A DNA stretch of 49,896 nt. It comes from Nemertoderma westbladi (Eukaryota; Animalia; Xenacoelomorpha). The notes under the pieces are model-generated. The model saw only the letters and a program-made list of their open reading frames with translations, was not told where the DNA came from and ran no database searches. Positions within the stretch are counted from its first letter, which is position 1; each line of letters begins with the position of its first letter. The position numbers were made by a program, and so were the translations under genes. Where the stretch lies: assembly GCA_032718475.1 (NCBI GenBank), contig JAUCBJ010000322.1, positions 1 through 49,896 of the forward strand, given 5' to 3'. Below, piece by piece: positions 1 to 12,100 of this stretch.

Positions 1-396
1 TTTCAATAGCTAACAATTCTAAACTATACTATACGCTACGGCGGAAATACTATATACTAATTTATATAAATACTTCCTACTGTAAGGGTCCAGTAGTATA
101 CCGCTTACCAGATCCTAGTAACGATGTATCTTACTATGAGACTCTAGTAATGTATATGGGCTCGTACGGTATCTGACAACAAATCCCAGTCCAGGATATC
201 TAAACAAACAGATACAGTACACAAACGACTACTGGCGAGGAACAGAGCCTTGTATCTATTCTATGTACGTGAGCGGGTCTAATGCCTACGTACTAGACAG
301 AAGGATACCTGTCCTCTAACCGGTGAGGCAGATGTACAGTTACAGTAACAGACCAAACTCACGGGAAAACAATCCCCGCGCAGCGAATCCTAACTA

Positions 397-594
397 TCAC
401 TGACAGTCCTAAATACAGTAACTTGCCGCGGTGTGATTTATATGGTTTATATACGAGCTAGTGGGTTAACAGACCTAGCGTAACAACACTGACAGTCCTA
501 AATCAGTCGAAAAAGGGTCGTGCCTAAATGTAACAATAACTGATCCCCTTGTACGAAATCAGTCTAAAGGGTCAGGCCTAAATGTAACAATACC
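397..594. repeat. Short imperfect direct repeats inside the putative left LTR-element internal region
   Basis: CACTGACAGTCCTAAAT occurs at ~398 and ~487. AAAGGGTC..GCCTAAATGTAACAATA occurs at ~512 and ~566. Confidence 0.75.
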
Positions 595-1665
595 GTTGTC
601 CAGACAAACAACAGTTTAATAACGAAAGTGAAATACTCCTTATTTTGCCGCAACTAAATCAGATCCTAATTTTACAAATACAGATAATTTCCACCTAAAG
701 TAATGTATAGTACGCTATAGCTAGTAGAACTTTAAGGGCAATATGTTTTAGGGCGTGTGTGTGTGGGTGCGTTACAAATAAAACAATTTCGTGTAATTCC
801 TTTTACTAGGTTTTAGTGATTTTCTGACTAAATGATACCGTGCGCTAGCTACTAAAATAAACTAGTCGCGTTTGTAGAACTTTATACTCACGAATGACGT
901 CAAAGCTCTCTCCTTCCTATCCACAACCCAATGGGCAACCACAGTGTTAGTAACTACACCCGTGATCGGCACTAATACCAGATTCTGGTTGTAAGATAAG
1001 AATAGGGGTTAATCGCTACCGTACGTTAGCTGATCTGGTATACTAATTTAATTCTAGAACTTTGTTGCTGCGGTAGTTAGCAGCAATACCTATCAGTACG
1101 TGGCAAGGCGCGGTAGGATATTAATAAACCTCCCTAGGCCAAGCAGTGTGCCGGTAGCAGAAATACTCCTTGCCTGATCAAATAGCTAACTCCAGACAGG
1201 GGGGGGGGGGGGGGGTACTAATGTACGTTCTACAAAGCGAACCGGTACCAAACAGTCAGTGCTATGAATCACTAAATTATGGAACATATGCTGTCCGTAC
1301 CTAATATGTACTCGCGTACTGACGAATGGCAATAGTTCGCACCTGTAGGAAGTACAGGTTAACCCAGGGATTCGTAGGACTTGACAAAGGGTGGGGGTTG
1401 TCTGGATATAATTATTTGATCCTAAATTTGCGGCGTCCAGTACGGTGTCACGCTTACCCTGATCTATAGGTCTTACGGCGGGCAAGGGCGTCGAACAAAG
1501 TCTTACCTTTCTCACAAAGCGGGCGCTGCAAAGCAAGTTGAGCATTTCGAAGGGGCAAAGGGGGTGCGCGGTCAATCCAATGTGGGCGCTAGCGTGTTGT
1601 GGACATCCCTTCCCTGCGTTGCTTACGGCCTAACGATCTAGGCTGCCATCTCCCTGGTGTTCGGC

Positions 1666-1683
1666 TGTCCCGAAATCGGACCA
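1666..1683 (-). other. Putative primer-binding site (TGGTCCGATTTCGGGACA)
   Basis: TGG-initiated motif about 10 nt after the LTR-terminal CA on the minus strand. The cognate tRNA is not confidently identified (loose resemblance to tRNA-Phe/Tyr PBSs). Confidence 0.45.
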
Positions 1684-1693
1684 AAAGAAAACA

Positions 1694-2100
1694 TGTCAGG
1701 AAATTGCAGTTTATTTACAGTTTTACAAAGAATTATCAAACAAAGTTTCAACAAGAAACCGAATAAACTAATAACAAGTAAGAGAGAGTGTTAAGGTATC
1801 AGGTAAGATAAGATGATAACCGAAGGCAAACCGGCCCTTTTATACTAGAAATTGCACATGGAAACTAAACAGAATTTTCCACAGCTTCACCATTGAGCAA
1901 TGAAGTGCTTCGTGCTCTATGATTGGCCCAGCTCATCGTTCAACGCAGTCCGGCCCTTACACTAATCTGGGACATGGAATCCTAACAGAATTTTCCACTG
2001 CCTCACATTTGAGCAATAAGATAATTTATGCCCTATGATTGGCCTGGCTCATCATTCGCTACGTTGTACGCTTCTCATTGGCCTACCAATTAGCACCACA
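1694..2100 (-). repeat. Putative LTR (~407 bp; upstream boundary could instead be 1987)
   Basis: Minus strand reads TGTGGTGC...TTCCTGACA. CCAAT boxes at ~2078, ~2038 and ~1922; TATAAAAG at 1837-1844; AATAAA at 1710-1715. Imperfect ~116-bp duplication (1856-1945 vs 1972-2065) in the U3-like part. Confidence 0.55.
1837..1844 (-). promoter_or_regulatory. TATA box (TATAAAAG) of the putative LTR
   Basis: Consensus TATAAAAG lying downstream of three CCAAT boxes and upstream of AATAAA. Confidence 0.5.
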
Positions 2101-2117
2101 CGAAAATAAATGGCCCC

Positions 2118-2200
2118 AAAATACAAATTTCCCGACTGGGATTCGAACTCGTAACCTACGTAATGTAACCAACGCCTTAACCATCTGACCACTACGCCAC
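2118..2200 (-). mobile_element. tRNA-derived SINE-like head / degenerate Pol III unit
   Basis: Minus strand has A-box-like TGGCGTAGTGG/TGGTCAGATGG (2181-2199), B box GAGTTCGAATCC (2139-2150) and a downstream TTTT. No intact cloverleaf. Confidence 0.6.
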
Positions 2201-4693
2201 GAGAGTACCTAAGGGTTTTATGTGTACAAATATGAATAGGCATATTACATTACTATAACTTACTCAAAATACGTCGGATTTTCAAAAGTTTTTACGTTAA
2301 AGTTAAACTACAAATGCTATCTTATAGTGAAATAATTCATCAATAACTTCTAACCCACTCCACGAGATAGAGAATCTTAAACGAAAGTCATAAGAACAGG
2401 TAACACTTTCATTTATAGAAGTAATCAGCTGTTATTTGCTTCGTCTTTCCCCAGGAGATGGATGAAATTTGATTGCGTCGGAACACCCCCTTTTTGAGGC
2501 TCTCAGAGTGTAGAGAAAAGTAGCCTATCTCCCTGTTAATATTGTTGTGTTCTAGAATATTTATTGTAGTTTTATCGTATTGCCAAAGCGGCTGTAGCCG
2601 AAATTAATATGTAATGCAAATGAGTATTAAATCCTTGTCAAAATCCTTGGTGTTTTTCAGCAATAATTTATTAAAATCTTCTCTGATTTTTTACAAAAAA
2701 CGACATTGATTTTCATATTCATGTCTTCTAACCCACTCAAAGAGATAGACAATCTTAAACGAAAGTCAAAAGAACAGGTAACACTTACATTTATAGAAGT
2801 AATCAGCTATTCTTTGCTTCGCCTTTCCCCTGGAGATGGATGAATTTTGATTGCATCGGAACACCCCCTTTCTGGGGCTCTCAGAGTGGAGAGATAAGTA
2901 GCCTATTCCCCTGTTAATATTGTTCTGTTGTCGAATATTTATTATAGTTTCATCGTATTGCTAATGTGGCTGGAGTTAAAGTTATTATGTAACGCAATAA
3001 TTCACCTCAAATATCTAAGTTTTTTCATAAACATAATGAAGTATTAAAGCCATGTCAAAATCCTTGGGTTTTCAGCAATAATTTATCAAAAAATTCTCAG
3101 ATTTTTTACAAAAAACGACATCGATTTTCATATTTATAACTTCTAACCCACTCCACGAGATAGAGAATCTTAAACGAAAGTTATAAGAACAGGTAACACT
3201 TACATTTATAGAAGTAATCAGCTGTAATTTGCTTCGTCTTTCCCCAGGAGATGGATGAATTTTGATTGCGTAGGAACACCCCCTTTCTGAGGCTCTCAGA
3301 TTGGAGAGATAAGTAGCCTATCTTCCTGTTAATATTGTTGTGTTCTAGAATATTTATTATAGTTTCATCGTATTGCAAAAGCGGCTGGAGCCAAAGATAA
3401 TATGTAATGCAATAATTTACCTCAAATATCTCAGCTAGTTCATAAATATAATGAGTATTAAAGCCATGTCAAAATCCCTGGTGTTTTTCAGCATTAATTT
3501 ATTAAAATCTCCTCTGATTTTTTACAAAAAACGACATCGATTTTCATATTTATAACTTCTAACCCACTCCACGAGATAGAGAATCTTAAACGAAAGTCAT
3601 AAGAACAGGTAACACTTACATTTATATAAGTAATCCGCTGTTATTTGCTTTGTCTTTCCCCTGGAGATGGATGAATTTTGATTGCATTGGAACACCCCCT
3701 TTTTGAGGCTCTCAGAGTGAAGATATAAGTAGCCTATCTCCCTGTTAATATTGTTGTGTTCTAGAATATTTATTATAGTTTCATCATATTGCCAAAGCGG
3801 CTGGAGCCGAAGTTAATATGTGATACAATAATTCACCTCAAATTTCTCAGCTATTTCATGAATATAATGAGCATTAAAGCCATGTCAAAATCCTTGGTGT
3901 TTTTCAGCATTAATTTATACAAAATCTCCTCTGATTTTTTACAAAAAACGACATCGATTTTCATATTCATTACTTCTAACCCACTCCAAGAGATAGACAA
4001 TCTTAAATGAAAGTCAAAAGAGCAGGTAACAGTTAAATTTATAGAAGTAATCAGCTGTTCTTTGCTTCGTCTTTCCCCTGGAGATGGATGAATTTTGATT
4101 GTGTCAGAACACCCCCTTTTTGAGGCTCTCAGAGTGAAGAGATAAGTAGCCTATCTCCCTGTTAATATTGTTGTGTTCTAGAATATTTATTATAGTTTCA
4201 TCGTATTGCCAAAGCGGCTGGAGCCAAGGTTAATATGTGATACAATAATTAACCTCAAATTTCTCAGCTATTTCATGAATATAATGAGTATTAAAGCCAT
4301 GTCAAAATCCTTGGTGTTTTTCAGCATTAATTTATTAAAATCTCCTCTGATTTTTTACAAAAAACGACATCGATTTTCATATTCATGACTTCTAATCCAC
4401 TCCAAGAGATAGACAATCTTCAATGAAAGTCAAAAGAGCAGGTAACACTTAAATTTATAGAAGTAATCAGCTGTTCTTTGCTTCGTCTTTCCCCTGGATA
4501 TGGATGAATTTTGATTCTGTCAAACACCCCCTTTTTGAGGCTCTCAGAGTGAAGAGATAAGTAGCCTATCTCCCTGTTAATATTGTTGTGTTCTAGAATA
4601 TTTATTATAGTTTCATCGTATTGCCAAAGCGGCTGGAGCTGAAGTTAATATATAATGCAACAATTCACCTCAAGTATCTCAGCTATTTCATGA

Positions 4694-6160
4694 CATTCAT
4701 TCAAAATACCTGAGTGTTTAAAGCTCATCTATCCCATCATAGTAGACATGTACTGTACAACAAGAGTCCCCCAAGAAATGAAAACAAATAAGTTGGTGCC
4801 AGTTCCCAAGAAGGACAACCTAACACTCTATGGTTCTTTTCGGGGAATCTCATTGATCTCGATTGCTGCAAAGCTATACAATAGGATTCTATTAAATCGC
4901 ATCAGGGATCCCATTGAGAGACTACTCCGTGGAAATCAGAATGGGTTCCGTAAAGGTCGTGGGACCATGGAGCCCATTTTGGCACTTAGAAGGATAATAG
5001 AAGAATTATCAAAAAAGAAAGACAGGCATCTGGCTATTATCTTTGTTGACTTCTTCAAGGCCTTTGATTCAGTCTCTCGCTCACGTATGTTCAGCATACT
5101 TTCATTATATGGGATTCCTGATGAAATTATTGCAGCAATCAGATCAGTATACGATGGTTCGACAACATTTGTGTCTACTGTTGACGGTGACACAGAACCA
5201 TTTGAAGTGTTATGGGGCGTCCTCCAAGGAGACACACTTGCACCATTCTTATTCATTATTGTGGTTGACTATGTTCTACGCATGTCCTTAGATCATCATA
5301 ATGATGATGGGGTGATGATAGCTCCACCTACTGGCTCCAGAAGTCGAGGAAATCCTGCCAAGTACCTAACTGATCTAGACCTTGCTGATGACTTAGGAGT
5401 ACTCTCAGAATCATTAGAGGGAGCCCAACGGCTCCTCAGCTCATTAGAACATGCTGCTTCTAGTGTTGGTCTTTTTATTAACTCCAGAAAGACCAAAATT
5501 CTGACAGTTAACTTTGAAAGTCCTCAGCAAGTCTGTGATCGGATGAGCATAAGCTCAAAGGATGGTATGCTTGAGCATGTCGACGACTTCTGTTACCTGG
5601 GATCATGGATCCGCAAGTCAGGTGAGGACCTTCGAATACGTAAGGGAAAGGCATGGGCAGCCTTGAATAGGCTTTCCAGGATTTGGAAGTCAACGAGAAT
5701 TAATCGGAAACTTAAGGTCCGATTATTTAGAGCAGCAGTAGTTCCAGTACTCCTCTACGGGAGTCCATGCTGGGCTCTAACTGCTGAGGACACCAAATCT
5801 CTGGATGGCACATTCACAAGAATGCTACGCCGGGTTCATTGTGTCAAGTACAATGCACACATCTCCAACCAGACACTATATAACATTGGAGGTGTCTCAT
5901 TGGTTCCCCCAAGCTTGACACTAGAACAAAATCGCCTCCGCTTTGCAGGACATTGCTTTCGCCGTGAGGACCAGCCAGTGCATAATCTTGTACTTTGGCA
6001 GCCTCATGGAGTGAATAAGCATGGTGGACAGCCCATGACTTTCTTGAGACGCATCTTAAAGGACACTGGCCTTAAAGATGCGGATGATCTAGCAAATGTC
6101 ATGGGTGATAGGGAGTTGTGGCGGTGCAATTTTGTTGACAAGCCGGCACAGCATTCTTAA
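4694..6160 (+). CDS. Non-LTR reverse transcriptase (RT plus C-terminal region; endonuclease lost by truncation)
   Basis: Motifs FRGISLISIAAKLYN, QNGFRKGR, FVDFFKAFDSV, GVLQGDTLAPFLF, DLDLADD, FCYLGS and RLRFAGHC. The frame is open from the 4694 junction; first ATG at 4748. Confidence 0.92.
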   Translation, partial: HSFKIPECLKLIYPIIVDMYCTTRVPQEMKTNKLVPVPKKDNLTLYGSFRGISLISIAAKLYNRILLNRIRDPIERLLRGNQNGFRKGRGTMEPILALRRIIEELSKKKDRHLAIIFVDFFKAFDSVSRSRMFSILSLYGIPDEIIAAIRSVYDGSTTFVSTVDGDTEPFEVLWGVLQGDTLAPFLFIIVVDYVLRMSLDHHNDDGVMIAPPTGSRSRGNPAKYLTDLDLADDLGVLSESLEGAQRLLSSLEHAASSVGLFINSRKTKILTVNFESPQQVCDRMSISSKDGMLEHVDDFCYLGSWIRKSGEDLRIRKGKAWAALNRLSRIWKSTRINRKLKVRLFRAAVVPVLLYGSPCWALTAEDTKSLDGTFTRMLRRVHCVKYNAHISNQTLYNIGGVSLVPPSLTLEQNRLRFAGHCFRREDQPVHNLVLWQPHGVNKHGGQPMTFLRRILKDTGLKDADDLANVMGDRELWRCNFVDKPAQHS

Positions 6161-6199
6161 AAATGCAGCTGCAATGCAGCATGCCGATCCTAGTAGTAG
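4694..6199 (+). mobile_element. 5'-truncated non-LTR retrotransposon (RTE-like LINE) inserted in a satellite monomer
   Basis: 10-bp TSD TATTTCATGA at 4684-4693 and 6200-6209. RT ORF, 39-nt 3' end and (TAG)3 tail. The monomer continues correctly across the insertion. Confidence 0.93.
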
Positions 6200-9100
6200 T
6201 ATTTCATGAACATAATGAAGTATTAAAGCCATGTCAAAATCCTTGGGTTTTTTCAGCAATAATTTATCAAAATATCCTCTGATTTTTTTCAAAAACCACA
6301 TCGATTTTCATATTTATAACTTCTAACCCACTCCACGAGATAGAGAATCTTAAACGAAACTCATAAGAACAGGTAACACTTACATTTATAGAAGTAATCA
6401 GCTGTTATTTGCTTTGTCTTTCCCCTGGAGATGGATGAATTTGATTGCGTCGGAACACCCCCTTTTTGAGGCTCTCAGAGTAAAGATATAAGTAGCCTAT
6501 CTCCCTGTTAATATTGTTGTGTTCTAGAATATTTAATATAGTTTCATCGTATTGCCAAAGCGGTTGGAGCCGAAGTTAATATGTGATACAATAATTCACC
6601 TCAAATTTCTCAGCTATTTCATGAATATAATGAGTATTAAAGCCATGTCAAAATCCTTGGTGTTTTTCAGCATTAATTTATTAAAATCTCCTCTGATTTT
6701 TTACAAAAAACGACATCGATTTTCATATTTATAACTTCTTACCCACTCCACGAGATAGAGAATCTTAAACGAAACTCATAAGAACAGGTAACACTTACAT
6801 TTATAGAAGTAATCAGCTGTTATTTGCTTCGTCTTCTCCAGGACATGGATTAATTTTGATTGCATCGGAACACCCCCTATCTGTGGCTCTCAGAGTGAAG
6901 ATATAAGTAGCCTATCTCCCTGTTAATATTTTTGTGTTCTAGAATATTTATTATAGTTTCATCGTATTAAATATCTCAAATAGTTCATGAATATAATGAG
7001 TATAAATTCCTTGTCAAAATCCTTGGTGTTTTTCAGCAATAATTTATTAAAATCTTTTCTGATTTATCACAAAAAACGACATCGATTTTCATATTCATGA
7101 CTTCTAATCCACTCCAAGAGATAGACAATCTTAAATGAAAGTCAAAAGAGCAGGTAACACTTACATTTATAGAAGTAATCAGCTGTACTTTGCTTCGTCT
7201 TTCCCCTGGAGATGGATGAATTTGATTGCGTCGGAGTCGGAACACCCCCTTTTTGAGGCTCTCAGAGTGAAGATATAAGTAGCCTATCTCCCTGTTAATA
7301 TTGTTGTGTTCTAGAATATGTATTATAGTTTCATCGTATTGCCAAAGCGGCTGGAGCCGAACTTAATATGTGATACAATAATTCACCTCAAATTTCTCAG
7401 CTATTTCATGAATATAATGAGTATTAAAGCCATGTCCAAATCCTTGGTGTTTTTCAGCAATAATTTATTAAAATCTCCTCTGATTTTTCACAAAAAACGA
7501 CATAGATTTTCATATTCATGACTTCTAACCCACTCCAAGAGATAGACAATCTTAAATGAAAATCAACAGAGCAGGTAACACTTAAATTTATAGAAGTGAT
7601 CAGCTGTTCTTTGCTTCGTCTTTCCCCTGGAGATGGATGCATTTTGATTGTGTCAGAACACCCCCTTTTTGAGGCTCTCAGAGTGAAGAGATAAGTAGCA
7701 TATCTCCCTGTTAATATTGTTGTGTTCTAGAATATTAATTATAGTTTCATCATGTTGCCAAAGCGGCTGGAGCCGAAGTTAATATGTGATACAATAATTC
7801 ACCTCAAATTTCTCAGCTTTTTCATGAATATAATGAGTATTAAAGCCATGTCAAAATCCTTGGTGTTTTTCAGCAATAATTTATTAAAATCTCCTGATTT
7901 TTTTCAAAAAACGACATCGATTTTCATATTCATGACTTATAAACCACTCCAAGAGATAGACAATTGTAAATGAAAGTCAAAAGAGCAGGTAACACTTAAA
8001 TTTATAGAAGTAATCAGCTGTTCTTTGCTTCGTCTTTCCCCTGGAGATGGATGAATTTTGATTGTGTCAGAACACCCCTTTTTGAGGATCTCAGAGTGAA
8101 GAGATAAGTAGCCTATCTCCCTGTTAATATTGTTGTGTTCTAGAATATTTATTATAGTTTCATCGTATTGCCAAAGCGGCTGGAGCCGAAGTTAATATGT
8201 GATACAATAATTCACCTCAAATTTCTCAGCTATTTCATGAATATAATGAGTATTAAAGCCATGTCAAAATCCTTGGTGTTTTTCAGCATTAATTTATTAA
8301 AATCTCCTCTGATTTTTTACAAACAACGACATCGATTTTCATATTCATGACTTCTAACCCACTCCAAGAGATAGACAATCTTAAATGAAAGTCAAAAGAG
8401 CAGGTAACACTTAAATTTATAGAAGTAATCAGCTGTTCTTTGCTTCGTCTTTCCCCTGGAGATGGATGAATTTTGATTGTGTCAGAACACCCCCTTTTTG
8501 AGGCTCTCAGAGTGAAGAGATAAGTAGCCTATCTCCCTGTTAAAATTGTTGTGTTCTAGAATATTTATTATAGTTTCATCGTATTGCGAAAGTGGCTGGA
8601 GCTGAAGTTAATATATAATGCAACAATTCACCTCAAGTATCTCAGCTATGTCATGAACATAATGAAGTATTAAAGCCTTGTCAAAATACTTGGGGTTTTT
8701 CAGCAATAATTTATCAAAATATCCTCTGATTTTTTTCAAAAAACGACATCGATTTTCATATTCATGACTTCTAACCCACTCCAAGAGATAGACAATCTTA
8801 AACGAAAGTCATAAGAACAGGTAACACTTTCATTTATAGAAGTAATCAGCTGTTATTTGCTTCGTCTTTCCCCAGGAGATGGATGAATTTTGATTGCGTC
8901 GGAACACCCCCTTTTTGAGGCTCTCAGAGTGAAGATATAAGTAGCCTATCTCCCTGTTAAGATTGTTGTGTTCTAGAATATGTATTATAGTTTCATCGTA
9001 TTAAATATCTCAAATAGTTCATGAATATAATGAGTATAAATTCCTTGTCAAAATCCTTGGTGTTTTTCAGCAATAATTTATTAAAATCTTTTCTGATTTA

Positions 9101-12100
9101 TCACAAAAAACGACATCGATTTTCATATTCATGACTTCTAATCCACTCCAAGAGATAGACAATCTTAAATGAAAGTCAAAAGAGCAGGTAACACTTACAT
9201 TTATAGAAGTAATCAGCTGTACTTTGCTTCGTCTTTCCCCTGGAGATGGATGAATTTGATTGCGTCGGAGTCGGAACACCCCCTTTTTGAGGCTCTCAGA
9301 GTGAAGATATAAGTAGCCTATCTCCCTGTTAATATTGTTGTGTTCTAGAATATGTATTATAGTTTCATCGTATTGCCAAAGCGGCTGGAGCCGAACTTAA
9401 TATGTGATACAATAATTCACCTCAAATTTCTCAGCTATTTCATGAATATAATGAGTATTAAAGCCATGTCCAAATCCTTGGTGTTTTTCAGCAATAATTT
9501 ATTAAAATCTCCTCTGATTTTTCACAAAAAACGACATAGATTTTCATATTCATGACTTCTAACCCACTCCAAGAGATAGACAATCTTAAATGAAAATCAA
9601 CAGAGCAGGTAACACTTAAATTTATAGAAGTGATCAGCTGTTCTTTGCTTCGTCTTTCCCCTGGAGATGGATGCATTTTGATTGTGTCAGAACACCCCCT
9701 TTTTGAGGCTCTCAGAGTGAAGAGATAAGTAGCATATCTCCCTGTTAATATTGTTGTGTTCTAGAATATTAATTATAGTTTCATCATGTTGCCAAAGCGG
9801 CTGGAGCCGAAGTTAATATGTGATACAATAATTCACCTCAAATTTCTCAGCTTTTTCATGAATATAATGAGTATTAAAGCCATGTCAAAATCCTTGGTGT
9901 TTTTCAGCAATAATTTATTAAAATCTCCTGATTTTTTTCAAAAAACGACATCGATTTTCATATTCATGACTTATAAACCACTCCAAGAGATAGACAATTG
10001 TAAATGAAAGTCAAAAGAGCAGGTAACACTTAAATTTATAGAAGTAATCAGCTGTTCTTTGCTTCGTCTTTCCCCTGGAGATGGATGAATTTTGATTGTG
10101 TCAGAACACCCCTTTTTGAGGATCTCAGAGTGAAGAGATAAGTAGCCTATCTCCCTGTTAATATTGTTGTGTTCTAGAATATTTATTATAGTTTCATCGT
10201 ATTGCCAAAGCGGCTGGAGCCGAAGTTAATATGTGATACAATAATTCACCTCAAATTTCTCAGCTATTTCATGAATATAATGAGTATTAAAGCCATGTCA
10301 AAATCCTTGGTGTTTTTCAGCATTAATTTATTAAAATCTCCTCTGATTTTTTACAAACAACGACATCGATTTTCATATTCATGACTTCTAACCCACTCCA
10401 AGAGATAGACAATCTTAAATGAAAGTCAAAAGAGCAGGTAACACTTAAATTTATAGAAGTAATCAGCTGTTCTTTGCTTCGTCTTTCCCCTGGAGATGGA
10501 TGAATTTTGATTGTGTCAGAACACCCCCTTTTTGAGGCTCTCAGAGTGAAGAGATAAGTAGCCTATCTCCCTGTTAAAATTGTTGTGTTCTAGAATATTT
10601 ATTATAGTTTCATCGTATTGCGAAAGTGGCTGGAGCTGAAGTTAATATATAATGCAACAATTCACCTCAAGTATCTCAGCTATGTCATGAACATAATGAA
10701 GTATTAAAGCCTTGTCAAAATACTTGGGGTTTTTCAGCAATAATTTATCAAAATATCCTCTGATTTTTTTCAAAAAACGACATCGATTTTCATATTCATG
10801 ACTTCTAACCCACTCCAAGAGATAGACAATCTTAAACGAAAGTCATAAGAACAGGTAACACTTTCATTTATAGAAGTAATCAGCTGTTATTTGCTTCGTC
10901 TTTCCCCAGGAGATGGATGAATTTTGATTGCGTCGGAACACCCCCTTTTTGAGGCTCTCAGAGTGAAGATATAAGTAGCCTATCTCCCTGTTAATATTGT
11001 TGTGTTCTAGAATATGTATTATAGTTTCATCGTATTGCCAAAGCGGCTGGAGCCGAACTTAATATGTGATACAATAATTCACCTCAAATTTCTCAGCTAT
11101 TTCATGAATATAATGAGTATTAAAGCCATGTCCAAATCCTTGGTGTTTTTCAGCAATAATTTATTAAAATCTCCTCTGATTTTTCACAAAAAACGACATC
11201 GATTTTCATATTCATGACTTCTAACCCACTCCAAGAGATAGACAATCTTAATTGAAAATCAAAAGAGCAGGTAACACTTAAATTTATAGAAGTAATCAGC
11301 TGTTCTTTGCTTCGTCTTTCCCCTGGAGATGGATGCATTTTGATTGTGTCAGAACACCCCCTTTTTGAGGCTCTCAGAGTGAAGAGATAAGTAGCATATC
11401 TCCCTGTTAATATTGTTGTGTTCTAGAATATTAATTATAGTTTCATCATGTTGCCAAAGCGGCTAGAGCCGAAGTTAATATGTGATACAATAATTCACCT
11501 CAAATTTCTCAGCTTTTTCATGAATATAATGAGTATTAAAGCCATGTCAAAATCCTTGGTGTTTTTTAGCAATAATTTATTAAAATCTCCTGATTTTTTT
11601 CAAAAAACGACATCGATTTTCATATTCATGACTTATAACCCACTCCAAGAGATAGACAATCTTAAATGAAAGTCAAAAGAGCAGGTAACACTTAAATTTA
11701 TAGAAGTAATCAGCTGTTCTTTGCTTCGTCTTTCCCCTGGAGATGGATGAATTTTGATTGTGTCAGAACACCCCCTTTTTGAGGCTCTCAGAGTGAAGAG
11801 ATAAGTAGCCTATCTCCCTGTTAATATTGTTGTGTTCTAGAATATTTATTATAGTTTCATCGTATTGCCAAAGCGGCTGGAGCCGAAGTTAATATGTGAT
11901 ACAATAATTCACCTCAAATTTCTCAGCTATTTCATGAATATAATGAGTATTAAAGCCATGTCAAAATCCTTGGTGTTTTTCAGCATTAATTTATTAAAAT
12001 CTCCTCTGATTTTTTACAAACAACGACATCGATTTTCATATTCATGACTTCTAACCCACTCCAAGAGATAGACAATCTTAAATGAAAGTCAAAAGAGCAG

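Larger units (their letters stand above)
1..2100 (-). mobile_element. Putative 5' end (LTR plus long non-coding leader) of an LTR retrotransposon running off the left edge
   Basis: The minus strand shows TGT..ACA-bounded LTR-like DNA with CCAAT, TATA and AATAAA in the right order, followed by a TGG-starting PBS-like motif. No coding domain lies inside the window. Confidence 0.45.

Noticed and set aside
1186-1575. 129-aa minus-strand ORF as gag of the left element
   Set aside because: Non-ATG start, no gag motifs, and the poly-Pro end is just the G homopolymer.
2130-2200. Functional tRNA gene
   Set aside because: A and B boxes are present, but the T and acceptor stems do not pair and no anticodon arm is definable.
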